Origin: Octopus bimaculoides
Taxonomy: Eukaryota
Reading direction: 5' to 3'
DNA: 64,000 nt
NCBI RefSeq assembly: GCF_001194135.2
Contig: NC_068995.1
Span: 2,868,477-2,932,476 of the forward strand
Part shown: positions 1 through 13,400 of the stretch, piece by piece
Numbering within the stretch: the first letter of the stretch is position 1
How the letters are laid out: each line of letters opens with the position of its first letter
Notes under the pieces: model-generated
What the model was told of the DNA's origin: nothing
Databases searched by the model: none
What the model saw: only the letters and a program-made list of their open reading frames with translations
Made by a program: the position numbers and the translations under genes

Positions 1-249
1 TTAAATATTTATTTTATATTTTCTTATTACTTTTTTTTTCTCCGTTAGTTCTTGTGTTTCATTTCATGAAGTGTGGAGTTGGGGGTTTGAGGTGGTAAGA
101 AGCTCTCAGACAATCTATTCAACATATAGAAAACTGGAGAAATATAGAGTGAAATAAAGCAAGTCGACCCACCGAGGGACCCTTAAAATTAAGGTGAACA
201 GTAAGTGTGGAGGCCAAAGGACATGGGACTGTATTTTCAAGAAAGTAGA

Positions 250-1560
250 TGACAATTAGAGAGAATCAAGTGGACGCCATATTGGGGGAAAAAGTGTCTG
301 GATGTGGTTTTGTGTTTTGATCGCGGCAAGGATGTCTTTTTTAGGAGGGTGGCGACATACAGAAGGGCTGCAAAGATAGACGAACACTGCTTTTATGGAT
401 CCACCAGCTTCAAAACAACCATTTCCGACCAATAAATAACCAAGTGAAAAGACTAAGGTAGCGTAAGGAAATGAATCTTGATTTTTCACAAGAAATATTA
501 AAAATAAAACCAGAAGAGAATATTCCGAAAGCATTTACGAAGATTAAAATCAATGGTTTGTGGGGAGATCGTTGAAATATCATCAAGAAGAGAGGAAAAG
601 GTTTGTTATTTGTGAGAAAAATAATCAACGATGTCGGCCATGATGTGTGAGAGAGAAAAAAGTAAGAAGCGAGAAAATATTAAGGACAACGACGATGGAA
701 ATATGAATAAATCTACACACATATATAGAGAGAAAGATAGACCTACCTCCGGTTCAGGTTTCGCTGGTGACCGCTTGGTTTTCGGAGCTGAAAAAGACGA
801 AAGAAGACCATCTACGTTAATGTAGGTGGAGTGTGAGGACATTTGGGTAAAAAACCAGTGAAGAAACACTTAAGTCCCACTCACAGCACTTTTGCAACAA
901 GGTTTGAAGGGCTCGTGGTCGATGGTGGGGGTCATCGGTGGGGGGGAGAGAGTGTTCCTGCCCCGAAACGTAGGCAGAACGGTGACTATTAAATGGAGTT
1001 GGTCATAAACAGAGAAATAAAACTAATGGACAAACGTGTCTACCTTTAAAAAGAGCTTCTGTCATCGGTGAAGATGGACAGTTTGGTAAGGAAGAAAGAC
1101 TAGGGTCTGTGGAGCCATTGATGGTCCAAGTAGAATGGAGGTCGTGACACGGCAAATTTGCATATTGTCCGGAAGCTTCAGAAATAATAAAGATGTCAGG
1201 TTGTTGGGTTATGAAAGAGAAGAGAAAAACCTGCCGAGTCTTTTCAGTGGAAACGGCCAGAGAAATATTAAAAGGTAGGACTGAAGGGTGGAGGAAGTGA
1301 GGTTTAGATTTGATGGAAAGCGAATGGGGTTGAGAAAAATAAGATGGAGAAGAACTTCGAGACAATAAAATAGATATTATTTGGTTGGTGGTGATGGTCG
1401 TATATGGATTGAGGGAAGGAGAGGGAGAAAGGCTCAGTGAATTAGTAGATGGCAAAGATAACACCTCATGGAGGAACACACACACACACGTATCTAAATG
1501 AAAAGAAAACTGATGGACGTAATCCAGGGTTTCGATATTTATTAAAGATGTTGGATAACT
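250..1560 (-). mobile_element. Decayed Penelope-like retroelement, reverse-transcriptase region
   Basis: Interrupted minus-strand frames give PDIFII, DDPTIDH and KNQDSFPY in the order expected for PLE RT motifs (PDIVIKPADKG, DPT, CKDSIPY). Many stops and frameshifts; boundaries approximate. Confidence 0.4.
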
Positions 1561-2469
1561 GCAAATAAAATCATACAAGATGAAAATATATAATTCTTGC
1601 CAATCTGAATATTAACAACATACAGACGGAGAGCTGGTGCTGTTGAACCGCCTATATAATATATGTATATATATATATACACACACATATATATCGTGTG
1701 TGTGTGTGTTTGTGCCTATGTAAACGTGTTTAACTATGTAAATGTGTGTGTAGATGTTTTGGTGAATATTTAGCCGTAAAGGTGCCTTTTGAGAATATGT
1801 GTGATATAATGGATATCTATAAACACGAGATGTTTATATATATTGTGTGTGTATGTATACACATCACATACACACACACATACTGCACACTCGTGTGTGA
1901 CACAATAATCACATATATGTATTTATGTATGTGATTATAACACGAGTGTGCAGTCTGTGCGCAGTGAACGATGTGTGCGTGTATGTATATGAAGTATACT
2001 ATCTACCTATATATACATATATGTGTGTGTATGCAAATGTGAGGGCGAGTGAGTGTGTGTATGAATGTATGTATAGTGTGTACGTATATATACACATATA
2101 TATACATATGTAACGTTTTCCGGGCTATATATTCATACATACACATATACATTTATCCAGAAAGAGAGTGTGTGTGTGTGAGTATATATATGTATGTGTA
2201 CATACACGATCGGCCATATTAGATGGAGTAGCTGGTGGTTTATTGATTTGGAAAAATTGAGTGGAAGTGAGAAATATAAGAGGACAGATGATATAAAAGA
2301 CATTGTTTTACCATCAATGTCAACTAAATGTGGAGATTTGTGGAAAAATAAACGACAGAACAGGGAGATTCGCCATTATTAGTGAAGAGGGTGAATGTAG
2401 GGGGGGGGGGTAGTTGCTGCCACGAGTGGTCTTATGTGTATATATATATGTATAAATATCTATGTGTTT

Positions 2470-3670
2470 ATAGATGTTATATAAAATGTGTGTCTCTTTA
2501 AAAATCTGTGTAGAGTCGTTATATAAAATATGTGTGTATATGTCTATACAATCTGTGTGTGTAGTCGTTATGTATGTGTGTGTCGATACAATCTGTGTGT
2601 ATTGTCGTTATATAAAATGTGTGTATATAGTAATACACGAATTGCAAGTCTACAGTATATCTATCTATATATCTATAAACACACGCGATGTGTGTGTATA
2701 GTTAGTCGTATTATATACACTGTTAAAATCGTCACATAAAATCTGATGTCTAGTCACTATACACAATCTGTGTATATATGATTATATAAAATCTATGTAT
2801 ATAGTCATAGTACACACAATAACGATTATGCAGATTCGTCATATAGAATGTGTGTATGTATTATATACAATCAATCTATATAGAAATATGTGTGTGTGTG
2901 TAATCTTTATGTGCAAAGTGTGTGTGTATGGTCGTTGTATACAATCTGTGTGTGTAAAGTCATTATTCACAATGTTTGTATGTATATATGTATGTTTGTG
3001 TGTGTATACAGTCGTTGGACGACATCTCAGTGTGTATAGTCCTTATTCACAATTTCCGTGTGCTTATGTCGTTGTTCACTGCGCGCGTGTCTATATATAT
3101 ATATATAGTCGTTTATTCACTATATGTGTGTATAGCCGATTATTCACTGTGTGTATAGTCGTTATTCACAATGTGTGTGTATAATTTTCATATACAATGT
3201 GTGTGTGTGTCATCGTTACATGTACTTTTTGAGCGTATAGTCGTTATATACAATCTGCGTGTGTTTATACATGGTATACAATGTGTGTAGACGTTATATA
3301 TATATATACAATCTGCGTGTGTTTACAGTCGTTATAGGCAATCTGTATATCTACTGTCGCTATACGGAGTCTGTGTGATGTGTGTATAGTCGTTATACAC
3401 AATCTGTAATGTATGTATAGTCGTTATGTACAATCTGTGTGCTTACAGTCGCTATATATAGTCAGTGATGAGTGTACAGTCGTTATACATCATGTATGGT
3501 CGTTATACACAATCTGTGATGTAGGTTTAGTCGTTATATACAATCTGTGTGTGTATAGCCGCTATATACAGCTTGTGGTGTGTGTCCAGTCGTTATACAC
3601 AATCTGTGATGCGTGTACAGTCGTTATACACAGTCTGTGATGTATGTATAGTGGTTATATAAAATGTGTG
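2470..3670. repeat. Degenerate minisatellite of ~28-32 nt unit (GTCGTTATACACAATCTGTGTG-like)
   Basis: gtcgttat and acaatctgtg recur throughout, interspersed with (GT)n and (AT)n. Confidence 0.85.
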
Positions 3671-3989
3671 GTGTGTATGTGAGTGAAAGATGGTCTCGGA
3701 GCAGCAGATCTACGGTGAAAACATGGTAAATACCTTTAAAAGCGTTTCGAGGCATTGCTGAAAATGAATAGTCGACGGATTGTGAATTTTTCCTTTGTAG
3801 TAGCATGAGTTCTTCAAGTGCGGAGCAAATGAATAGTTAAAGTCTGTTGCAGTGTCGTAGCGACAAGTGATGGTGGCTGTGTGTGTGTGTGTGTGTGTGT
3901 GTGTAGCAGTGGGGCAGTGTGTAGCAGTAAGTGTGTAGTAGCAGTGGGTCGTCGTCGCCGTCGTTGTTGTTTTCGATGTGTGGAAGCGA

Positions 3990-4540
3990 GGAAAGACTAG
4001 AGAAGAAAGGGGAGGAGAATGAGAAAGAACAGCGGAGTGGGAGGCTGGAGGGAGAGAAAGAGGCGAGAGAGGAAGATAGGGATAGGAAAATAAGCGAGTA
4101 TGTGAGAAATGGTTGAAGAAGTGAGTGAATGAAAGAGAGAGAGAAAGAAAAAAAGAATAGGAGGAGAGTGAGAAAGAATGAGGGACTGATTGAGAGCGGG
4201 AATAGAGTAAGAAAGTGAGTAGGAGGAGAGAAATAAAGAGGAAGTAGAAAATGAAAGAAACAGGAAAAGATAACTGGAAAAAAAAAGAGAGCGTAAAGGA
4301 GGAATAGAGTAAAAGTATGAGACAGGGAGAGAGAGAAAATTAGGAAATCGTGTGAAATGAAGAGGAAATAAGTGGAAAGTGAAAGAGAGAGGACGAGACA
4401 ACTGTGTGAGGGAGGAGGAAATTAGATGAGAGAAAGGGTAATAAAGAGGAGGAAGGAGAAGGTGAGACAGGAGGAGATAACTGGAAAGAAAAGATAAAGA
4501 AGGAAGGAGTAGCAGGAAGAGAAAAGAGAGTAGGAGTGAA
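3990..4540 (+). repeat. GA-rich polypurine low-complexity tract
   Basis: Almost entirely G/A on the plus strand; explains the L/S/F-rich ORF 3997..4401. Confidence 0.8.
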
Positions 4541-5879
4541 GTCTATCGAGGGGGGAGTTCTAGTAGTAGAAGCAGCAACGACTACCTTTGACAGAATGGA
4601 ATGGTGAGCAGTCGTGAGACTGCTTTATTTATTGTTGTATTCGAAATCGAGGAGAGACTTGGTGTCTTTTCTACAGTAAGTGGATCTTGGTTAATTCGTC
4701 AATGTTTTAAACAACATATTACCGTAGACCCACGTTAATCGTAGATAGCCACAGCCTCTTGTTTTTCCCCAGTCTTTCTTTAGACCTCTCCCAATAAAAC
4801 AGTTTTCCAATTCCTAAGTAAAAAAAAAAGAAAAACCGACAAAAAAAATATACTTAAACGACCTTATTTACACGATCGGATCATCTCAAGTGGTGTAAAA
4901 AAAATTAACATCAACCAACTCAAAACTCGATAAAACAACATAAAATCTATTTTATTAATTTGGCATTTATTTATTTAAATTTAACTATGATAAGAACATA
5001 AATAGAGGTGCTTCGGGGACACACTCATCGTTTCTTTCCATTTTCATTGACCTCTAGTTTTTATTCCCTCACAGAAATTAGATATTTGGGTCTCTCTAAC
5101 TTGACATAGATTCTATGTATATCCGTGTACGAAGCAGAGAAAACACCGCAGGAAACTACCATTTATTATTCATTTTTTTCAGAATAATTTTTTTTAAATG
5201 ATGAATTTTCCAATCGTTATCTTTGTGTTTTGTGAAGTGTCCATAATTTGTTTAGAGATCGAATCTAAAATTAACTTAAGGAGACGGTTGTAGTAGTGTT
5301 CTTGTTCCTATAACTACTACTAATACTGCACCTGACCTAAATGTCTGTGGTTCCATCCAAAGAGAAGAGATTCTCACTGGCTGAACTAAGGTATCAGACC
5401 TACTTGGAATGGGGGGTGGCAGCAGCTCTTATAGTTGCTGGATTTAAACGAAATCGGTTCGGATTCGGTTTCATTCTGTGAGTCTCACCTGCTGTATTCT
5501 TCATGTGAAGTTAACAAACTCCAGAGCCAGAACAAGTTACCTACATTAATGTCAAGGCCACAATGTACTTTGATGGCAGCTTTTAATTACAACGCTAACC
5601 CAAACCGTTTCACATCCATCTGCTTTTGAACACCTGGGCTGTTTCGGTCATATAATCAAATCACCATATTTCAATCGACCTTTTTAAAGTGCTTTCCAAG
5701 ATTTCCGGTTGTTCTAAAGAGAAACCCCGATTTATTTTTTAATTAACTTATGTTTGTTTTCTTCAGTTTCATTTAAATCAATTTTTGTTTTGTTTTCTTT
5801 AAAAAAAAACCCCAACAAATATACTAGATTTCCGCCGCCCTTTCTCCGTCGTGTTCCATAAAATATTAACATTTATTTC

Positions 5880-6245
5880 ACTCTGACAAATAATCTGCTT
5901 CACTCACACTCGGGTCTTTTCTAAAGATCTACCTACATCTATCTCTTCCTCCTCCTCCACTTCGTACATGGCAACAACGTTCAATAATATATTTCTGTCG
6001 TTCTTCCCGACACAATCGAAGAATTTCTCTGTTTCAAACACATTCGGAAATGTCTGAATTAGTAAGAAGGTGTTGTTTGGACACTGTCTGCTTTCTTCTC
6101 TCCACCACTTGCTGTCTGTCTGTTCAGACATAATCAGTCTTCCCCGATCTTGCTTTATTGTCATCACGTGTATCACCAGCAGACACTCGACATAGAAAGA
6201 GGCCGATATCTCAGATTCCGTTGGTTGAGCGCTTTACACTAAGAG
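5880..6245 (+). other. Candidate non-coding 5' exon
   Basis: GC box (ccgccgccc ~5832), pyrimidine-rich leader and strong donor GAG|GTAAGC after 6245. Start coordinate uncertain. Confidence 0.3.
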
Positions 6246-7844
6246 GTAAGCTCTGTCGCGACTCGGTTTCGATTCTTGGTTGAAGTAAATTGCTAATCCT
6301 TTTTGAGGATATACACGTTCCCTCTGTTCTTTCCCCTTTAAATATAGGGCCCTAAACGTTTTCTCCCCTTTAAATACTGTACCCTAAACATTTTCTTTGT
6401 ACCTCACCCCCACCCCTATAAATACTGGGCCTTAAACGTTTTCTCTTTGTCCCCAAACGCCGACGATCATTCGATGTAGGGACTATTGTGGTTTCAGTTT
6501 CAAACCCGCACTTGTGTCCCCAAACCGAGAGATCTAACGGTGCCTTGCTAGCCACAAAACAAACCAACATAATCTAATAATGTTATGGACTTTACTAACC
6601 ATATCTCGACTATCGTCTCTCATAGATAAAACTGTCACCAAAGATAATCTTTAATCCATTACAAATCACACGAGTGTTAACCCGATGCCATGTGCCAAGT
6701 ATTTCATCAGTCTATAGACATCTTAAAACCAGTTCTACTTGTGTAGTATTTCTTTAAATTAACGAAACACCAGCCTTTATCGATTGTTAAGACTGAGAAA
6801 TGTCCTAAAAATACACCAAGGTCTGCTTGGACACTCCCACATAGCTACGAGTCAGTAACACCGTATTTGACTGTTGAATGTTTTAATTCGTCATCGACAG
6901 GATGTTTGGTTCGTATCAAACAGACAAATAAAGAATAATGATTAAGTCTCCGTGACCAGCTCTCCACACCCACCTGTTCTAATCATTTTTACCTTACATC
7001 GTCAATGGCCTTAAGAAAAGGCATCACTACCACACACTCACACATCCCGTTCTCTCTTGGTGGTGGTGAGGAACAAAAAATAAAACAAAAAAAAGTGCTC
7101 TAATCGCGGTCTTCGCCTCGACTGGCAGTGTTTAAAGGTATGGTGTCACTGTGAGTTGTATATCGAACCTACGACCTTTTCGCACAGGGTGTCCACCACG
7201 TTCAATGTCCAGAGTACAGAAACTATGGGAAATTTACAAATAAGGCAAGGCATTTAACATTTAAATTACACATCGATTAAATTGTGTGTGTGTGTGTGTG
7301 TATGAAGGTGTCTTGTCCTTATCCCAGGTCGGATCTCATCGATCGAGCAGATATTTGTTCAAAGGCATTCCACCCATGATTATTTGTCTTCTTTTAGTAA
7401 CAGTATACAACGAACTACATTAATCAGAATATCATTTTTTTCTTTTTACGCCGTAGAAGTATATTTTGAAGGTGGCTGCTATTTCTAGCGGGTCGAGTGA
7501 CCACATAGAGTCAATGTGTAGTCATATAGCCACGGTGTGTAAACATCATGTAATATAACATATTTCATGTAGGGGGTATATAACATTATGTATTACTAAT
7601 ATGTAGCCAGTTAATGGTTGTATATAACAGTATGATATCATATGTATCCATGTAGATGTATATAAAATTGTGTAGTTCGAATATATAGCTGTCTAGTGGT
7701 ATAAGACATTACATAGTGTGATGTAAGACCAGGTAAAAATATATAGCAAGATGTAATATTATAAACTACTACACGGGGATATATTTCAATATATTACTTA
7801 CTATATTAGATGTATGTGTATGTGTGTATATATCTTCTATTTTT

Positions 7845-8060
7845 TTACTTTTTCAGTCATTAGACTGCGGCCATCCTGGGGCACCGTCTTATAGGATTTT
7901 TTCAGTTGAAAGAATCGACACCAGTACTTATGTTTTTTTTTTTTTAAACTAGTACTTATTCTAACAATTTATTTTGCTGAACCGCTAAGTTACGGGGGAG
8001 GTAAATACGCCAACACCGGTTGTCAAGTGGTGGGGGGGGGGACAAACAGCTCACACACAC
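7845..8060 (-). mobile_element. Octopus-type SINE (cttttacttgtttcagtcatt.gactgcggccatgctgg family)
   Basis: Same sequence recurs near 17078, 30975, 37640 and 43480. Confidence 0.7.
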
Positions 8061-8066
8061 AAATAT

Positions 8067-8103
<37 letters not shown>

Positions 8104-8180
8104 GATAGGCTTCTTTCAGTTTCCGTCTACCAAATCCACTCACAAGGCTTTGGTCGGCCCGAGGCTATAGTAGAAGACGC
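8104..8180 (-). mobile_element. tRNA-derived SINE, 3' part
   Basis: ggcttctttcagtttccgtctaccaaatccactcacaaggctttggtcggcccgaggctatagtagaagac, repeated near 10303, 39505, 59950 and 61258. Confidence 0.8.
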
Positions 8181-10302
8181 TTAGTTGTGTAGCTAACAAA
8201 ATTAATATTTCCGTTCAACAAGATTTATTTACTTTTCAAGCCCTCAGTGGCACTGAAATAAATACCAGCAATATACGTGTGTTAATTCAAATTACTTTAC
8301 GTCTACCGTTACAAACTAACCTATGACGTCATTCATCCTGCTAAAAATAGCAGCCAACCCTGTAATAATCACACCTTACTGTCTTTAGAAAAAAAAAAAA
8401 GAAGACATTTAGATAATGTAATGCTAAATATACTGTGTTTGAATATTAAAACCAAAACAAAATAGATGGTCACAGCTGCGGCACCTTTCGTCACAGAGCT
8501 GTTGACCTAACCATAAACAACTGACCTTGTGTCTGAAGATGTAATATCAGATCTGTAGTCAGAAGTTTACTACAACTGACATATTTATGTCAAATCAATG
8601 GATTTCTGGATCATTCTGACTAACAGACATGTAATATAAACTGACCTGGAAGGTTGTAAGTCTGATGGCTTTGTGAGTTTTCTGTGGAATAGTGTAACCT
8701 GTGAGCTGTCCTTAAATAATAACTGCACTGAAGAAAACATTGGTAAACAGTTAAACTTATAATCAGAAAACAAAGCTGGCCATTTTAAATAAAGGGGCTT
8801 ATATATGGGAGTATACGAAGGGATTTGCACTACTGAGGAAAATATCTGAGGTTCAAAGCAACATTTTAACATCCTTTTTTTTTTACCATATTTCTCTTGA
8901 AATACACTGCCTTAGTTTCAATTAATTTAGGAGGAGAATTTAGTAAAAAAAAAAAAAACAACTTTGTCATTACTAAGACAGTGTTTAGAACATAAATGAA
9001 CAAGGAAGATTGGTGGAAGATTTTAATTTAATCCACTTTAAAACAGAAAGTTTGTATCAGAGAAGCACGAGTGGTCTCAGGTGGGTGGGTTGGTATGAAA
9101 ATGGTTAAAGGAAGTGGGGGTAGAAGGAAGAATGAATTGCATTGGATAACCCTCAGCATAACACCGGTACTATCAGTTATCCATAAACTCATGAAATCTA
9201 AAATCAACTGCAGCATAACTTTTATTCTAAAGCAGACAAGCTACCATAAACCACCTGGTTACAACTTTCTAATTATTTGTGCTGCTTTCACTGCCGCCTC
9301 CCCTTATACACACGTGTTCTGAGCTCAGCCAAAGCTGATGTAACTTTTATTTTTCTCCTAAGTTATTGACAATTTTCTTCTGAGTTGGTTTCCTAGTATT
9401 TGCACAAAGTGACATATGCTTGAGTTTCAAACTAAACTGGCTTTTAGCCTCACACAGACAGCTTGGCATTTTCTCCACCATAGTAGAATCTCATTTACAT
9501 TGATTTACCTAGAAAGCATCCTTTGCCATCTACCTATTATTATCTTAACTTAATCCTCATTCCTATATACACTGTGTAGTTAGTATACCATTGAAATGAT
9601 GAAGCTTTGTCAAGGCTTCAAAACAGGACACGCAAAACAAACCTTAGCACCGTTTTCGTAAGTATTTAGTTTCATGTTCAATTAGAACAGTGAGCCTCAA
9701 ACAATGCACCAAACCACATAGTTGTGACATAGAATTAAAAAGAAAAACAAAATTGACGGTTTTAGAAAATTCAAGTTAATGCTTCAGTGACTTGAAAAAA
9801 ATATGTTATTCATAAATTTGTTATACACTAGTATGACCAGTATAATAAGGAAAGCAATAAGTTTTCTACACTATTTTCTCATTTTTAACCTTTTTGCTAC
9901 CAACCCACCTGAGACCACCCCTACTGGTTCCATGATACAAACTTCCTGTTTTAAAAGTGATCTAAATTAAAATCTTACATCAAAATTTCATGTTTTACTT
10001 CTAAACACCAACTTAATAATGACAAAGTTATTTTATTAAATGTTTCATTATCTTGAAAAATTAACTGAAACAAAAGCCGTGTATTTTACCAGAGATTATC
10101 ATCGTTTTCTAATGCTCACTTTTTTTATACTTCCATGGGTCAGGCAGATTTTCAATGGCCAGCTGCCCTTCCTGTGGCCAACCCTCATGTGGGGCCAAGC
10201 AAGGTAATATTTCCCCTTCACAAGATTGTTTGTATGATGGCCAAACTTATTTACAACCATCACATGATATCTAAACAAAAGTACCACACAAACACACACA
10301 TG

Positions 10303-10460
10303 ATGGGTTTCTTTCAGTTTCCATCTATCGAATCCACTTCCAAGGCTTTGCTTGGCCCAGAGCTATAGTAGAAGACACTTGCCCAAGGTGCTGTACCATA
10401 AACACGGTTTTGGTTTGCTATAGTAGAAGACACTGGCCCAAGGTGCCTCAAGGTATGTGA
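10303..10460 (-). mobile_element. tRNA-derived SINE copy with internal duplication
   Basis: Family sequence as at 8104; ctatagtagaagacact.gcccaaggtgc occurs twice. Confidence 0.75.
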
Positions 10461-13400
10461 ATGCACTGTATTTGCTTAATATCAAAATATTAGACATTTA
10501 CTGAACTACATATTAATCTCATGCATTAAATTAAATTAAAATATTTTAATAACGAATTGAGAATCATTTACTCTATATATTTAATAATGAGGGTTGGTGC
10601 TATGCATAAGGCAAATCAGGCTGTCACCAGGGGGTACAGCACAAATTCTGAACAACTTCAAAAATTTCTTCATCTAATTAAAAACAAGAAAGCTTAATTA
10701 TGAAGAGAATGGGTGAGGTTGTCCCGGAACAGATGGGTAGGGTGGGATGAGATAAGAAGCCTATGTGGTGTTATAAACTGTCACATGGTTTGTTTTGAAA
10801 CATTTCAAATTCTACCAGATATCAGATTAATTTGATGATGTGCAGGATCATAAAATTATAAATTATGTAAAGAGGGTGGTGGCTGGAGGAATATGTAGAA
10901 AAAAAAAACTGGAAAAGGAAGCACATTTTATAGGGATGAATGAGTAGGGTGCACATTATAGGGATGAAAGAAAGGGGTGTGTACTTTAGGGTAGGAGAGG
11001 AGTATGCACTTTATGGAGTTGGGAGAACACAATGAAGGACTAGGAGAAAAGGTCATATATTCAAGAGCTTGGGGACTAGGAGGGGGTGCATACTGTCAGG
11101 CTGGGAGAAGAGGGTGCATATAGAGCTAGGAAAATGGAGCACACATTGCAGGGCTGAGAGAGAAAATGCAGATTATAGGGCATAGGGCTTGGAGAAGGAG
11201 GATGTGGAATATCAAGACAGGAACCCTGCTAATAATTAGTATTTTACATTTAGACTCTGAAGGGACCTGCTTTGTTGTTTTGGAAACAGATTTTCATCTG
11301 TCAACTCTGCTTAATTCTTAAATGATTGACCACTTTGGAAAGCCAGTAAGATAGATATGTAGAATATCACAAAATGCTTTGTGGTATTTAGTTACATCCC
11401 TGTATAACAAGAGCAAATGAGAGCTATGTTGTTACTTGACTTGCTAGAAATAACAGCCAGCTCTCTTGTATACGACATTCTACTATCTTAAAGATAGAAG
11501 GGCAAAATGGACAACTTCATCTTTGGTTTGTGAAAAAGATGAGATGACTGTTCATCACAGGGCTGACTTAGGGCTAAATACGCCAGCAAACTTAGTTTAA
11601 CCCTAGTTGCCATCAATGATTCTATCTTCCATTTCTCTAGAGTCAATAAGTACCAGTTATATATTGGTGTTCATTCAAAAATCTTTACCTTGTCCCCTCA
11701 ATTTATGTCCTTGTGCCCGTGCAAAAAAATAAAGAATATTTGACAGCCTCTGCTTCTTAGAACTGGCTGCTTTTGTACTTCTTCCACCCAAACCCCTGTA
11801 ACCTGTTAGTCTCTCCACCTCTCTTCACCCTTGTTGCATCCTATTCCCTAAAAATAACCAATTACATCATCGAAATCTTGAAGCTATGAAATAATGCATG
11901 ATCAATTGAAAACAATATGAATAAATAAGCATTACATTTGAAAAAGTAATCTGAATGCTAAAGGATTGAAGTAACATAGGACCTCCCATCAAAATTTCAT
12001 GCTAATTTATGCTCCAAACCCCAACTAAAAAGGATTAATTGAAACAAAAGTTATGCATTTCAAAAGAAATAACGTAATAAAAAGGTTGATTTGAAAACCT
12101 AGTTTTGTTTAACTTTCCCTGCAAAGTGCACAATTCTTGATTCAATCTCCAGTGCTTCTGTAATCTTTTGAACTCTTTTGATACCAACTTACTTGAGACC
12201 CTCCCCCCCTGATTCTATGCGATAAGTTTCTGGTTTTAGAGTGGCCTCAGTTAAAACTTACTAGAAAATTTCATGTTAATTTATTCTGGTCATCAGCTTA
12301 ACAACAACAAAGTTATTCCACTATATTCTTCGTTATTTTCAAAATTAATTCAAACAAATGCAGTGTGTTGCAACAAAAAATATGGAAATAAAAGTTAAGG
12401 GTTTAAAGATGGCTTGACAAACTTTTATTTTTCATGTTTCTAGCTGAAGGAGTGTCACTGTCATTTAGCTTCTAGTGAAGAGGATGCTTGAATTACACCA
12501 AAGTAATTTAGCCTCCAAATAAACCACTTATGTCGCTTAATTTAGTAATGTATAATATAAGATAAATAATTAACAGTCATCATCATTTTACATCTGCTTT
12601 TCATGCTAGAATGAATGGGTCATTATGGCCCAAATCAGTTCTTATTTGGAGACAGACTGGAGAGCCATGTCTCGTTCATATATTCCATTGTGACACAGTT
12701 TACCAGCTGGATACCATTCTTAACACTAAACAGGTTACAGTGTACTGGACGAATTTTATTGTGGCACCAGCTCTAGTGAGGTTATCATGCCTTTAGACAT
12801 ATTAAAGGATCCTTTCAATTCTACATTGTCCCCACTCATTTGTTAACCACTGAACACAGTTTGCTGGATGCATTTTATTGTGGCACCAGCACTAGTGAGG
12901 TTGTTTTCTACCCTGTTACCCTGAAGAGTTTTCACTACTCTATGGTATCACTGTACACTGAACATAACATGATCAGAACAGTGAACAGAAGTGAACATTA
13001 ACAGAACTAGGGGGAGTAGGTGAGAGAAACAGTAATAAGTGTGAGAGGGTGGTAGTTGAGGGAGTAATAGAAGAGAGAAAGAGAGTAAAAGTGATGGCAG
13101 CTACATATCTGTTGGTGAAAAAGAGTGAACAAGGGATATCAATAATTAAAGTCTGGGAGAGACTGCCCAAAGTATCACATAGTAGAATTGAACCTGAAAC
13201 CATATGGTTAGCAAGATTCTTACCACACAGCCATGCCCGTCTCTGTCCCACTAAATGTCACCCTCCTCTTTTATCACCCATTCTGTGTCACTCATCGTAG
13301 ACCCCAACCGTTTTTTTTTTATCCAGTCCTTCTTCCCCTAGGGCATCAAGCCCTTGTAATTTTCTGCCTATCCACAATATTTCTCCTCAAGTATCAACTT

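Noticed and set aside
1746-3640. Many V/C/Y/I-rich ORFs, and similar ones at 19009, 29610, 30789, 35603, 41393, 49809 and 63456
   Set aside because: Translations of (GT)n, (AT)n, (CT)n and triplet repeats.
5320-5440. miR-8/200-like seed (taatactg) and weak 5S-like words
   Set aside because: No complementary arm for a hairpin, and similarity too short for 5S rRNA.
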